DNA of 64,000 nucleotides from Microgenomates group bacterium (GCA_041659805.1 JBAZXP010000001.1:192589-256588), one strand, 5' to 3'; counted from the stretch's first letter, positions 36,501 to 46,628 are shown. Translations and numbers: made by a program. The notes: generated by a model from the letters alone, not told the origin.

Positions 36501-39311
36501 ATGAATAATCTTTCACGAAATATGCCAGTTGCTTTTGTCGTGGGTGCTGCGGGATTTATCGGTTCACATTTGGTTGAAAAACTCTTGGAAAAAGGTGTTC
36601 AAGTGGTTGGGTGTGATAATTTCTATACTGGGAAGAGAGAGAACTTAACTGAAGCAGGGAAAAGCAAAGACTTTCATTTGTTAAGTCAAACGCTCCCTAC
36701 AGCAACTGATTTAAATCTACCGCGTTTAGATTACGCTGTATTTGTAGTATCTGAAGACATCTCTCCCGATGAATACGAGAAAAATTTAAATAAATTTTTA
36801 GAACTCTGTACTTTACACAAATCCAAAACAGTCTTATGTTCTTCAGTTGATCTTTATGATTCAAAGCAGGAAATTCCAGAGAATCTAAAGCAGGCGGAAA
36901 TAAGACTTGCTGATGTGGCTCTCACTCAAAAGATAAACGCAAGGGTAGTTAGATTGTCTGCGGTTTTTGGTCCACGCATGCATTTTCGATCTAATGACCC
37001 GATGATTCGGTTGATAAAATCGGCAGCAAGAAATAAATTGAACGAAGAGCAGACACCTTTGGAATTTACCACGAGAGCACTATTTATCAGTGACGCGGTA
37101 AACCTTTTAATTAAAGCACTAATGCATGGATCGACAGCCCAGAAAATCTACGACGGATGTCTATTGGAGCCAATTAAGGTTTCTGAGATTAAACAACTAT
37201 TAATGGATCCTGTTTGGTATGAGGAGAAAGGTTTTAAAGCAACGGAGCTACCGCCTTGGCCTACTCCGAATTTGAACAAGACAATCAAAGAACTTTCATG
37301 GAAGCCTCATGCTCAAATTATTGCTTCTCTTAAAGAGACATTAGCCTTTTTTAAGGAACACCCTGATCTTACGCCAAAGGTTGTAATTGAAGATAAAAAA
37401 CCATCAAAACCATGGCAGTTTTCTAAGCTGGACAAGATCGAAGATGATGCAAAAGAAGATCTTTCTGAAAAGAAAAAAGATAAAGTTAAGGTGCAAAAAC
37501 TAAAGATTAATTCAAGTCGCATAAAACATCAAACAGTAACACTTATAGGTGTAATAATTATATTTTTTGCTTTAATTTTTCCTGTTCTGAGATTTTGTGT
37601 TTCGGCATTTGAAGTAAAAACACACCTGGATAATAGTATTAAACAAACATCCTTAGGCAACTTTGACGAAGCTGTAAATGAATCAAATATGGCAATCGGG
37701 GATGCTCGATTTTTAATAGATTCATTTAGCAGTTTGTCTTTTGTTAAAAATATTGATTTTCTAAATAAGCCATATAGAACAATTGAACAAGCACTGGTTT
37801 TAGTAAGTCAGACAACGGACGCAAATTTACATACAGTTAGCGGAGCTAAAATGTTAGCCGGAGCTATGTCTGTGATCTCCGGTGAGAAAGCAGGGGACAG
37901 CACATTGTTATTTAATGATGCTAAAACTGAGCTTGCGGCAGCAGATAGTGAAATAGGCCAAGTGTCTGCTAATTTAGAAAACCAGGAATTTACCAACCAG
38001 ATACCGGTTGCCTTACAACAAAATTTGGACTTTATTAAAAGCAAAATTAGCGCATATCATCAGACTATAAATCTTGGCAGGGCTTTGATTGATTTATTAC
38101 CTCAAATCATTGCAACAGACGGAGAAAAAAGCTATTTGGTAGTGCTTCAGGACAATAGAAATCTCCGCCCGGGAGGGGGATCTATCAGGGCGTACAGTTT
38201 AGTTACTTTTAACCAAGGAAAGTTGAAAGAAATCAAAGCGGATATGGTGGAGAATTTAGACAGCTCGTATGTAGCCAGAATAGATCCGCCGGTAGAGCTA
38301 AAAAACGACTTAGGCGAGTCTAATTGGAGATTAAAGGATGCTGCCTTTGATCCTGATTTTCCAACCAGTGCCAGAAATATTATCTGGTTTTTCGGTAAGG
38401 AATCAGGGGTGAAAGTTTCAGGAGTTGTTACATTAGATTTAGAATCTGTCTCGAAATTAATTGAAGCTGTTGGTTCATTAAAGACTGATTCCGGGATGGA
38501 AATAAATAGCTCGAATGTTTATCAAAAAGTTGCTCTTACCCGGGATGGGAATAAGACTTCTGCTGAAGTCTTGAAGGTATTGGTTGAAAGGGTGTTTTAC
38601 CTTTCAAAACAGAATTGGGTAACTTTGGCTAAAAATTCCGAAGAATCACTAATTCAAAAACATTTATTAATTTACCTAACTGATCCAAATGCGTTTTCTT
38701 ATCTTTCTGCAAGAAACTGGACAGGTGGAATGCCGGTGCAAATAAAAGAGAAAGCAGGGGAGAGAAACGAGTCATTGGCTCTCTCGGAAGTAAATATGAC
38801 ACAAGGGCAGGACTCAACTGCTATTGAAAGATCAATGAATGTTGAAAGTACTATAGATGATAAGGGGGTTGTTTCTCATAAGCTGACCCTTGACTATGCT
38901 CCTTCTGAAAAACTAACAGGCCCTTATAAAACGAGACTAAAGATCTATTTGTCCGGAGGCACAAAAATGTTAAAAACTACATGGGGAGGCAAAATTATAA
39001 AAGACATAAGCTCGTTTAGTGATTTTGGCAAGTTCGGGTATTCCATGTTGCTGGAATTGGGGGTGGGGGAGCAAAAACAACTGGTTTTAGAGTATCAAGA
39101 TGTGGCTCCAGTTAAATTCGAAAACAACCAGATGAAATATCAACTTGCTATAAACAAGCAAGTAGGAAGTTTATCTATTCCTACAAACTTTAAGTTAATA
39201 TTCCCACAAAATATTAAAGCAGAAAGTGGCTTAATAATTGGGGCAGGAGATGTTTCTATATCTTCGCAACTCTCACAAGACCGGGTTTTTGAGGTGATTT
39301 TAAAAAAGTAA
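36501..39311 (+). CDS. fusion of NAD-dependent epimerase-like domain, TM and DUF4012 domain
   Basis: GAAGFIGSHL, DNFYTG, VFGPRM; TM; YLVVLQDNRNLRPGGG, DPDFPTSA. Confidence 0.8.
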   Translation: MNNLSRNMPVAFVVGAAGFIGSHLVEKLLEKGVQVVGCDNFYTGKRENLTEAGKSKDFHLLSQTLPTATDLNLPRLDYAVFVVSEDISPDEYEKNLNKFLELCTLHKSKTVLCSSVDLYDSKQEIPENLKQAEIRLADVALTQKINARVVRLSAVFGPRMHFRSNDPMIRLIKSAARNKLNEEQTPLEFTTRALFISDAVNLLIKALMHGSTAQKIYDGCLLEPIKVSEIKQLLMDPVWYEEKGFKATELPPWPTPNLNKTIKELSWKPHAQIIASLKETLAFFKEHPDLTPKVVIEDKKPSKPWQFSKLDKIEDDAKEDLSEKKKDKVKVQKLKINSSRIKHQTVTLIGVIIIFFALIFPVLRFCVSAFEVKTHLDNSIKQTSLGNFDEAVNESNMAIGDARFLIDSFSSLSFVKNIDFLNKPYRTIEQALVLVSQTTDANLHTVSGAKMLAGAMSVISGEKAGDSTLLFNDAKTELAAADSEIGQVSANLENQEFTNQIPVALQQNLDFIKSKISAYHQTINLGRALIDLLPQIIATDGEKSYLVVLQDNRNLRPGGGSIRAYSLVTFNQGKLKEIKADMVENLDSSYVARIDPPVELKNDLGESNWRLKDAAFDPDFPTSARNIIWFFGKESGVKVSGVVTLDLESVSKLIEAVGSLKTDSGMEINSSNVYQKVALTRDGNKTSAEVLKVLVERVFYLSKQNWVTLAKNSEESLIQKHLLIYLTDPNAFSYLSARNWTGGMPVQIKEKAGERNESLALSEVNMTQGQDSTAIERSMNVESTIDDKGVVSHKLTLDYAPSEKLTGPYKTRLKIYLSGGTKMLKTTWGGKIIKDISSFSDFGKFGYSMLLELGVGEQKQLVLEYQDVAPVKFENNQMKYQLAINKQVGSLSIPTNFKLIFPQNIKAESGLIIGAGDVSISSQLSQDRVFEVILKK

Positions 39312-39359
39312 TCATTCATCATTGAACTTTGAGGCTACATATGATAAAGTACTCAGGTT

Positions 39360-40103
39360 ATGACAAGAATTTCATTAAAAGCAACTGAGAGAGAAATCTT
39401 TGGTAAAAAAGTTAACGCCCTTCGAAAAAGTGGTGTCCTTCCCGGGCACGTTTTTGGTAAAGGATTGGACACGGAAAATGTTTCTGTGAAAGCTGTGGAT
39501 TTTATCAAAGCATATAAAGAAGCTGGAGAAACAGGTTTAATTGATTTAAAAATCGGTGATGATAAAGTCAGACCAGTGCTTATCCGCCAAGTACAAGTAG
39601 ATCCTGTTAGAGGAGAAATGCTGAATATTGATTTTTATCAAGTTAATTTGAAAGAAAAAACTACAGTTAATGTCCCAATTAATTTAATTGGGGAAGAGCC
39701 AGAACTGGTTCATGCCGGAGAAGCTGTTGTTATTCAACCAATGATGGAAGTGGAAGTAGAAGCTTTACCTGATGACTTACCAGAAAATATTGAAGTCGAT
39801 ATCACCTCACTTAAAGTAATTGATGATGCAATAACTGTTGCTGACTTACCAGTGCCAGAGGGTGTCACAATTTTAGCAGAGCCGGAAGCAGTTGTAGTAA
39901 AACTTGATAATGCAGTCACAGCTGAGATGCAGGCATTATTGGAAGAACAAGCTGAAGAACAGGCCGCAGCTACTGAAGCTGCTGCCGAAGCAGAAGAAGG
40001 TGCTGAAGGAGCAGAAAAAGCTGAAGGTGAAGAGGGTACAGAAACTGCTGAAGGTGAAGAAAAACCTGCTGAAGAAACCCAAAAAGAAGAATCTGCTGAG
40101 TAA
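39360..40103 (+). CDS. rplY: 50S ribosomal protein L25/Ctc
   Basis: GKKVNALRKSGVLPGHVFG, QVDPV, IDFYQV, LPENIEVDI; acidic tail. Confidence 0.94.
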   Translation: MTRISLKATEREIFGKKVNALRKSGVLPGHVFGKGLDTENVSVKAVDFIKAYKEAGETGLIDLKIGDDKVRPVLIRQVQVDPVRGEMLNIDFYQVNLKEKTTVNVPINLIGEEPELVHAGEAVVIQPMMEVEVEALPDDLPENIEVDITSLKVIDDAITVADLPVPEGVTILAEPEAVVVKLDNAVTAEMQALLEEQAEEQAAATEAAAEAEEGAEGAEKAEGEEGTETAEGEEKPAEETQKEESAE

Positions 40104-40166
40104 TTTAAACTATCCTGCGTTTTATTTGAGTGAATTCTGCGGTAATTTTAGGCACGAATATATTTA

Positions 40167-40994
40167 TTAATTAGTATTTGGTAGTGTTTTTTGCTGTGCG
40201 GCAGAATAACACTCTTCCATAATCTGATGAGGGACCCTCTCTTTGTTAACTGTCTCACAGGATGGTACGTCCTGTCCTTCAATTAACTTTACCCATTTAC
40301 TATTTTCTTTTTTGGCAATTATATAGTGACCAGTTCTTCTGAAATTTTGAGCTATATAAACAAAATCACCATAAGTTGTTGCAAGGTGAATAACGCCATC
40401 TTTAATATTTAAATCCGATAAATAAGGAATTTGATCTTGATAATTTTTAGCAAATTGATTGGTGCAGGTTACAGAAATAGTTTGATAAAAATTAGTACTA
40501 CCAGTATTTCCTGAGCAATCAGGATCTCCCACTAAAGTACAATAGATATCATCTTTTTCAAAAGCCTGAATATAGTCATAAAAACGATCATCATCTAATG
40601 ATATGGATGAGTTTGTTTTATTTAAAGTGAAACCATTGTTCTGAAATATTTTAGAAACGGCAGGAATTGCCTTTGATAATGCTTGTTTTAAAGGTTGTGG
40701 ATTTTGATCAGGGCATGACAAATTTAAGGAAACGGTTGGAGAGTTATCATTGATAATATTATAGCCATCCTTGGAAATCCACCAAAGGAAGGAATTATCG
40801 GGGTAAGTTATAGTTGAGGCAGGATAATCTTTACTAATTTGGGAAAATTCAGTCCCTGCTTGATAGATGATTGGCTGAATTTGGATTGGGATATCTGATT
40901 TAGTGTCAGTGCTTTTAGGAGGAGTGGCATTTTTATTAAAAGCAAAAATAGCAACTAGAATAATTACTAAAACTAAGATAAAAAATTTGGGCAT
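40167..40994 (-). CDS. hypothetical exported protein with cysteines
   Basis: N-terminal hydrophobic anchor; GQDVPSC near the C-terminus. Confidence 0.65.
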   Translation of the reverse strand: MPKFFILVLVIILVAIFAFNKNATPPKSTDTKSDIPIQIQPIIYQAGTEFSQISKDYPASTITYPDNSFLWWISKDGYNIINDNSPTVSLNLSCPDQNPQPLKQALSKAIPAVSKIFQNNGFTLNKTNSSISLDDDRFYDYIQAFEKDDIYCTLVGDPDCSGNTGSTNFYQTISVTCTNQFAKNYQDQIPYLSDLNIKDGVIHLATTYGDFVYIAQNFRRTGHYIIAKKENSKWVKLIEGQDVPSCETVNKERVPHQIMEECYSAAQQKTLPNTN

Positions 40995-41019
40995 TATAAT
41001 TTATAATATCACAGAGAAA

Positions 41020-43146
41020 TTATTTTGGCCAAGAAGACTCCATAATTGATTTTTTGTCTTTTCCTATTTTTTGCCAGAGTTCTTCTGTAGTAAAAGGCAT
41101 GAATGGGTGTAAAAGTTTCAGACAGCTTTCAAAAACATATTCTAAAACTGGTTGGGCTTCTAGTCTTCTTTTCTTACTATTTTCAATATAAACATCAGCA
41201 AATTTATGCCAGATAAAATCATAAAGATCTTCTGTTGCTAAATGTAATTGGTATGATTCCAGGTTTTTTGTAACATTTCTTATGGTTTTATTTAATTTCT
41301 CTATTATCTTTTTATCATCCTCATTCTTAATTCCTAAATCGTGATTCTTAAATCCTTCAATACCTTCTGGTTTTAGCTCATAGATAAAACGGTAAAGATT
41401 TTTTATTTTTGTCCCAAAATTGCGATAATTTTTACACCTTTCATCCATTAATTGTCTGGATGTTTTTCCATCGCGCCCAGGGGCAGAGTATGAATATAGC
41501 GCCATTCTAACAGAGTCTGTTCCCCAAGTTTCTCTTAAGTCATTAGGGTTAATACCATTGCCAAGAGATTTGGAAAACTTTTTCCCTTGCAGATCCCTTA
41601 GCATCCCGTGGAAGAACATATTTTTAAACGGAATATTGTCCGCAAGATATTCAGAAATCATGATCATGCGGGCAATCCAGAGGTATTTTATTTCCGGAGC
41701 GGTAATCTCAAAATCCCACGGAAAGTACCTGTCCAGCTCTGCAGTTTTATTAGGCCATCCTAACGTGGAAAGTGGCCAAAGGCCTGAGGAAAACCAGGTG
41801 TCAAAGATTTTCTCCTCTTGCACCCAGCCTGCACCAGGTGAGTCCTGGGATACTTTAATTTGGTCACTATGGTACCAGATAGGGATACGGTGACCCCACC
41901 AAAGATCTCTGGAAATACACCAGTCATGCAAGTCCTTAATCCAATCAGACAAAATCTTTTTATAGTTTTTTGGTAAGTAATTAATTTCACCAAGTTTTTT
42001 TAAGCCCTTGTCAGCCAAAGGTTTCATTTTAATAAACCACTCTTCAGAAATTAATGGTTCAACAGTTGTTTTACATCTTTCACAAACAGGGACAGAATGA
42101 GTATATTCTTCAACCTTTTCTATGGCACCTAAACTTTCCAATTTTTCAGCTGCTAATTTTCTGGCTTCTTCAATTTTTAGACCAACTAAATCTCCAGCCA
42201 AATCCGTCATTTTGCCGGTTTTGTCTATGGCATGTAAAATAGGCAAGTTGTTATCTTTGCCAATTTCATAATCTAAAGGATCATGACCTGGGGTAATTTT
42301 TAAAGCACCAGTACCAAAGTCTTTAGCAACTCTTTTATCTTCAAAAACAGGAATTTTATTTCCATTTAAAGGATTAATAGCTTGATTGCCAATAAATTTT
42401 GAGAATTTAGGATGTTTGGGATAAATAGCTATTCCGGTATCAGCATAAATTGTTTCCGGGCGCCCAGTGGCAATGGTGATATAGTCACCTGTCATCCCGG
42501 GCTTGACCCGGGATCCATGGATTTCTGCTTCCGCAGGAATGTCATATTTAACAAAGTAAAGTTTTTCTTTTCTTTCCTCATATTCCATTTCTACATCTTC
42601 AATAGCTGTGCCACACTTAGGGCACCACTCAACAATATAAGCACCTTTATAAACTAAGCCGTCATCATAATATTTTTTGAATTCTGCAAAAACAGCGTCA
42701 GACCTTTTTTCATCCATAGTAAAAACTTCTCTATCCCAATCAGCAGAAATTCCAAAAACAGTCCAGTCTTTATGGAAAGACTGATAAATTTCATCTTTAA
42801 ATCTCCAAGCCCTTTTCATCCACTCCTCTTTACCCAATTTATGTTTGGTGAGTCCCTCTTTGGATAATATTTTATTTAGAGCACTTTCAAATTGAATAGA
42901 AGCATGATCCACCCCTGGCATCAAAAGCACATCAAATCCCTGCATTCGCTTATATCGGGCTAAAGCATCCATAATAGAATGTTGCATGGCATGTCCAAGG
43001 TGAAGTTCTCCAGTTAAATTAGGAGGTGGCATAAGTAGGGAATAGGGTTTTTTGGAAGATTTTGGGTCTGCCTTAAAAAGTCCTGCTTTTTCCCAGGATT
43101 CGTACAAACCTTTTTCTAAGTTTTGTTGATTGTTATTCTTATCCAT
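41020..43146 (-). CDS. valS: valine--tRNA ligase lacking the C-terminal coiled coil
   Basis: PPPNLTGELHLGHA, DFGTGALKITPGHD, DWCISRDLWWGHRIP, DTWFSS, KFSKS, LHPFMPF. Confidence 0.95.
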   Translation of the reverse strand: MDKNNNQQNLEKGLYESWEKAGLFKADPKSSKKPYSLLMPPPNLTGELHLGHAMQHSIMDALARYKRMQGFDVLLMPGVDHASIQFESALNKILSKEGLTKHKLGKEEWMKRAWRFKDEIYQSFHKDWTVFGISADWDREVFTMDEKRSDAVFAEFKKYYDDGLVYKGAYIVEWCPKCGTAIEDVEMEYEERKEKLYFVKYDIPAEAEIHGSRVKPGMTGDYITIATGRPETIYADTGIAIYPKHPKFSKFIGNQAINPLNGNKIPVFEDKRVAKDFGTGALKITPGHDPLDYEIGKDNNLPILHAIDKTGKMTDLAGDLVGLKIEEARKLAAEKLESLGAIEKVEEYTHSVPVCERCKTTVEPLISEEWFIKMKPLADKGLKKLGEINYLPKNYKKILSDWIKDLHDWCISRDLWWGHRIPIWYHSDQIKVSQDSPGAGWVQEEKIFDTWFSSGLWPLSTLGWPNKTAELDRYFPWDFEITAPEIKYLWIARMIMISEYLADNIPFKNMFFHGMLRDLQGKKFSKSLGNGINPNDLRETWGTDSVRMALYSYSAPGRDGKTSRQLMDERCKNYRNFGTKIKNLYRFIYELKPEGIEGFKNHDLGIKNEDDKKIIEKLNKTIRNVTKNLESYQLHLATEDLYDFIWHKFADVYIENSKKRRLEAQPVLEYVFESCLKLLHPFMPFTTEELWQKIGKDKKSIMESSWPK
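41323..41357. repeat. heptamer tract inside valS
   Basis: attctta attccta aatcgtg attctta aatcctt. Confidence 0.6.
42491..42544. repeat. paired REP/RPE-like palindromes in frame in valS
   Basis: GTCATCCCGGGCTTGACCCGGGATCCA + TGGATTTCTGCTTCCGCAGGAATGTCA. Confidence 0.82.
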
Positions 43147-43167
43147 GTGGGGTAATTATATTACTTT

Positions 43168-43785
43168 TTAATCCTTTTTAGGTAGCTTGCCACAATTTTT
43201 AATTTTTTTCAAAGAATAGGTGGAGTTTATAGCTTGTCCGTCAACACCTCTCTTTTGAATAGTGATAGTACTTAGAACATGATCGCTGATGACAGCAATA
43301 ATTTCATCTGTTGGGAAAGGGGTTTTACATCCACAATTTTCAATAAAAAATCCGGCACTTTTGGTAGATCGTAAATCTTCATCTGTGATAACAATATGGT
43401 TGCTATCTTGTGTTAATGGGGTAGGACAAAGTTTTTGCTGCCGGATGATATCGTCTTTAAATATTTGTGGGAAAAATTCATCAAAACAACGGATTTTGCC
43501 CACTATTTTATATGCTTCTGCTTCATCTAGTGTAACACCACCGGTGCTTGATAATGTGTCTGTTTTGCGTGGTGTAGTGGGAATTAGTTCAATACTCATT
43601 GGCATAAGCCTTCGGTTGTACTCTTTTTCTGAAAGATCAATTCTTTTGAAAGTAATATTTAGTTTATTGCCGGGTTCGCTACTGGTGTAATAACGGTAAT
43701 AAGTGCCTTCCGGCACCGGTTTAATTTGGTTTCCTATCCAAACTCTGGCTTTTGGATTTATATAATGTTCTTTTTCGCCGCGCAT
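43168..43785 (-). CDS. hypothetical protein
   Basis: ~205-aa ORF filling the valS-tsaD gap; no recognised family. Confidence 0.55.
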   Translation of the reverse strand: MRGEKEHYINPKARVWIGNQIKPVPEGTYYRYYTSSEPGNKLNITFKRIDLSEKEYNRRLMPMSIELIPTTPRKTDTLSSTGGVTLDEAEAYKIVGKIRCFDEFFPQIFKDDIIRQQKLCPTPLTQDSNHIVITDEDLRSTKSAGFFIENCGCKTPFPTDEIIAVISDHVLSTITIQKRGVDGQAINSTYSLKKIKNCGKLPKKD

Positions 43786-43787
43786 AT

Positions 43788-43808
43788 AAAAAAGCCCAGA
43801 AGGGCTTA
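43788..43808 (-). terminator. putative intrinsic terminator after tsaD
   Basis: Minus strand AAGCCC-TTCT-GGGCTT-TTTT. Confidence 0.6.
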
Positions 43809-43819
43809 TAAACAAGATT

Positions 43820-44938
43820 CTATGGTTGGCTCATATCATTGTCAAGGGATAAATTAGGGTTGGCCTGGATATCTAAAGGCGGGGTAGGGTAGTAATTAAA
43901 AAAAGCTGCAGCAGCTATACTGGCAGCATTGTCGGTTGCCAGCTCTGCTGAAGGAATAAAGAGCTTGGCATGTGGAATTAATTCGGCGAGCCTTTGGGTT
44001 AACTTTTTAGCCAGAGTTTTATTAGCAGCCACACCTCCCGCAACTATAACTTGATCAACATTGTGTGTTTGGATTGCTGTGATAGTCTTTTCTACCAACA
44101 CATCTGTGATGGCATCTTCAATAGAGGCAGCAAGATCGGCGTTTTTATGCGGGTCCTGCCAGCTTGCAGCCCCATTCAATGTCCTTACTTCGTTGCGGGC
44201 GGTTAATGGGGCGCCCCGCTCGCTGTCACCCGCTTTTATAATGTTGGACACTGCAGTTTTTAAACCGGAGAAAGAAAAATCTAAATCTTTGGAATTTAAC
44301 ATTGGTCTGGGTAATTGGTAAGCTTTAGGGTTTCCTTTTTCTGCCAACTTAGAAAGATTTGGTCCCCCGGGATAAGCAAGTCCTAATAATCTGGCGCATT
44401 TATCAAAACATTCACCTGCGGCATCATCCCTGGTTCCTCCTAAATATTTATACTTTCCATGATCTGAAAAAAGAATTAAATCTGTATGTCCACCGGAAAC
44501 AAGCAGCCCAAGACAAGGAAAAGTTGGGGATTGCTGATTGATCCAGTTAGCATAAAAATGGCCCAAGAGATGATTGATTGGAATGAGTGGTTTTTGCCAA
44601 ATAGTTGCTAAAGCTTTGGCTGTTTCTACTCCTATAAGAAGAGAACCGATTAATCCGGGTCCCTCTGTTATGGCTATGGCATCGATATCAACAGGCTTCA
44701 AACCTGCTTTTTCCAGAGCTTCTTTTGTGGCTGGAATGATGTTGGAAAGCTGCTCACGGGCAGCCTGCTCAGGGATAACGCCTCCGTATTTAGCTTGTAG
44801 GGATGCGGAAGAAGCCACTATATTGGATAAAATATGTACTCCATTATCATCTTTTAGACAGATAGCAACAGCTGTTTCATCACAGCTGCTCTCTATTCCC
44901 ATGATTATTTTGGGATTTCCATAGTCGTCCTTTTTCAT
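43820..44938 (-). CDS. tsaD: tRNA N6-adenosine threonylcarbamoyltransferase
   Basis: GIESSCDET, GPGLIGSL, NHLLGH, VSGGHT, DDAAGECFDK, FSFSGLKTA, TDNA. Confidence 0.96.
   Translation of the reverse strand: MKKDDYGNPKIIMGIESSCDETAVAICLKDDNGVHILSNIVASSASLQAKYGGVIPEQAAREQLSNIIPATKEALEKAGLKPVDIDAIAITEGPGLIGSLLIGVETAKALATIWQKPLIPINHLLGHFYANWINQQSPTFPCLGLLVSGGHTDLILFSDHGKYKYLGGTRDDAAGECFDKCARLLGLAYPGGPNLSKLAEKGNPKAYQLPRPMLNSKDLDFSFSGLKTAVSNIIKAGDSERGAPLTARNEVRTLNGAASWQDPHKNADLAASIEDAITDVLVEKTITAIQTHNVDQVIVAGGVAANKTLAKKLTQRLAELIPHAKLFIPSAELATDNAASIAAAAFFNYYPTPPLDIQANPNLSLDNDMSQP
44149..44233. repeat. 85-bp GC-rich palindromic element inside tsaD
   Basis: GCGGGT...ACCCGC terminal inverted repeat, GCCCCATT/AATGGGGC inner stem, TTTTAT on both flanks. 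Confidence 0.78.
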
Positions 44939-44982
44939 ACAGGTATTTTAACAGGTTTATGAAGAAATGATAAAATTATTCT

Positions 44983-45189
44983 ATGGGAGTTGAAAAAGCC
45001 CAAGATTCTGATTTAGAGACAACAGCGCTTAATAACCGTTTAGGTTTACCAAATGCGTCCAGGAGTCGGAGTATCAGAAAGTGGAATCTTGAGCACCCTG
45101 AGGAAAGAACGGAAATAATAAAAAAATCACAGGAAACAAAACAAAGACTCAGAGAAGAAAAACTTTCCCACTTGATTAAAAACAAATAA
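44983..45189 (+). CDS. small basic hypothetical protein
   Basis: 68-aa ORF; TAAAAT-N7-ATG upstream; co-oriented with the next gene. Confidence 0.45.
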   Translation: MGVEKAQDSDLETTALNNRLGLPNASRSRSIRKWNLEHPEERTEIIKKSQETKQRLREEKLSHLIKNK

Positions 45190-45206
45190 GCATATAAGTT
45201 AGAAAG

Positions 45207-46064
45207 ATGTCGTTTGGTGATAAAATCGATCGAATCCATTCTTTTTCTCTGGGAGATTTTCACGACTTTGATTCGTGTGTTTTTAGATTCTTTGTAAATC
45301 ACCATTTACAAAAAAAATATGAACTGGCAGAAGGTAATGAATCTCAGGCCATTGGAACTCTTTTAGATTTGGCAATTAAAAAAGTGCATATGGCTTCTGC
45401 TTATAACGAATCACCGGAATATCTTGTTAATTTAATTAAGGCAGCCAGAGCGGATATTGAAAATGAAGTATATCTTAGAGGAGGGAATTCTTTTTTTGGG
45501 TGTCTACCGCCACTCTTAACCCCTGAAGTGATTTCAAAAGCACAGGAAATATTCAAAGATTACCTAACTCAAATGAAAGGTCAGATTAAGCCGTTTGTCC
45601 CTACATTTCAGATGAAAAAAGTAAAGCCTTTTTGGTCCAGAGTTATTCAAGCAGAAAAGCCTTTAAAATTATGGGGAGGTCCAGATGCTATAGAAATGAA
45701 TGATATGCCGGAAGTAGCAGATTACAAGTATTTTGAAAATAGTGAAAGAGGAAAAACTTATTTGGATATGGATTTGATGCCCAAAATGTATATACTCCTC
45801 ACGGCCGATGATTTAATTGACTCGGGATTTAACAAGGCAAGATTTATTGCCAGAATATGGAGAGAACCCGGGAACAATGATTTTTATGAAGAATTTGATT
45901 TTTCTCAAATTAAAAATCTGGAGGATTATTTTAAAGATAAAATGGAAAGAATATTAAGGACAAAAGAATTAAGTTTTTGTGAAAAAGAATACTGTAAGGC
46001 ATGTAAAAGTGATTTCCGTGAAGAATGGACTGCAGAACTAAAAGTAAAAGGATTTATAGATTAA
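45207..46064 (+). CDS. PD-(D/E)XK nuclease-like protein (AddB/Cas4-like)
   Basis: N-terminal C..RF, GT..D, LWGGPDAI, VADYK, C-terminal CxxxxCxxC. Confidence 0.65.
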   Translation: MSFGDKIDRIHSFSLGDFHDFDSCVFRFFVNHHLQKKYELAEGNESQAIGTLLDLAIKKVHMASAYNESPEYLVNLIKAARADIENEVYLRGGNSFFGCLPPLLTPEVISKAQEIFKDYLTQMKGQIKPFVPTFQMKKVKPFWSRVIQAEKPLKLWGGPDAIEMNDMPEVADYKYFENSERGKTYLDMDLMPKMYILLTADDLIDSGFNKARFIARIWREPGNNDFYEEFDFSQIKNLEDYFKDKMERILRTKELSFCEKEYCKACKSDFREEWTAELKVKGFID

Positions 46065-46628
46065 TTATTGTAAATGTACCTCAGCTAAAGTGTTTTGTTT
46101 ATGAAATCCTTCTTCCGGGATTGATTCAAATAGTTTAATAGAAGTGATTTGAACTGGTCCGAAATCTTCTTTGACTGCAATTTCTTGTAATAATGCTTCT
46201 TGTTTGATGGATAAATCATAACTGCTGTTTATTTTACCCATAGCGATATGAGGAATATATCTTCTTTCATCCATATAAAGACCAAGCTCCACAAAGCCAT
46301 CTTTTATTCTTTCACGGAGTACAAATAATTTATCGATATCTCCTTTAACTCCGGCCCACAAAGTATGGGGATGATGGATATTGGGAAAACCATCAATATA
46401 GGCAGGGATAATTTGGAAGGGACTGATTCCTAAAACAGCCTTATTAATTACTTTTTTGAAATCTTCAACAAAATTATCCGGTTGCTCTCCGATAAAGGCG
46501 ATGGTTAGATGTAGTTCGTTCGGATCAGTCAAATGCACCTCAGGGATAATATCTTTTAACTTTTGCTGGACAATTTTTAAGCTTTGACGGCTTTGATTAG
46601 GAATTTCCAAGGCAATGAAGAACCTCAT
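46065..46628 (-). CDS. thpR: RNA 2',3'-cyclic phosphodiesterase (2H family)
   Basis: MRFFIAL, HLTIAFIG, PHIAMG. Confidence 0.88.
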   Translation of the reverse strand: MRFFIALEIPNQSRQSLKIVQQKLKDIIPEVHLTDPNELHLTIAFIGEQPDNFVEDFKKVINKAVLGISPFQIIPAYIDGFPNIHHPHTLWAGVKGDIDKLFVLRERIKDGFVELGLYMDERRYIPHIAMGKINSSYDLSIKQEALLQEIAVKEDFGPVQITSIKLFESIPEEGFHKQNTLAEVHLQ

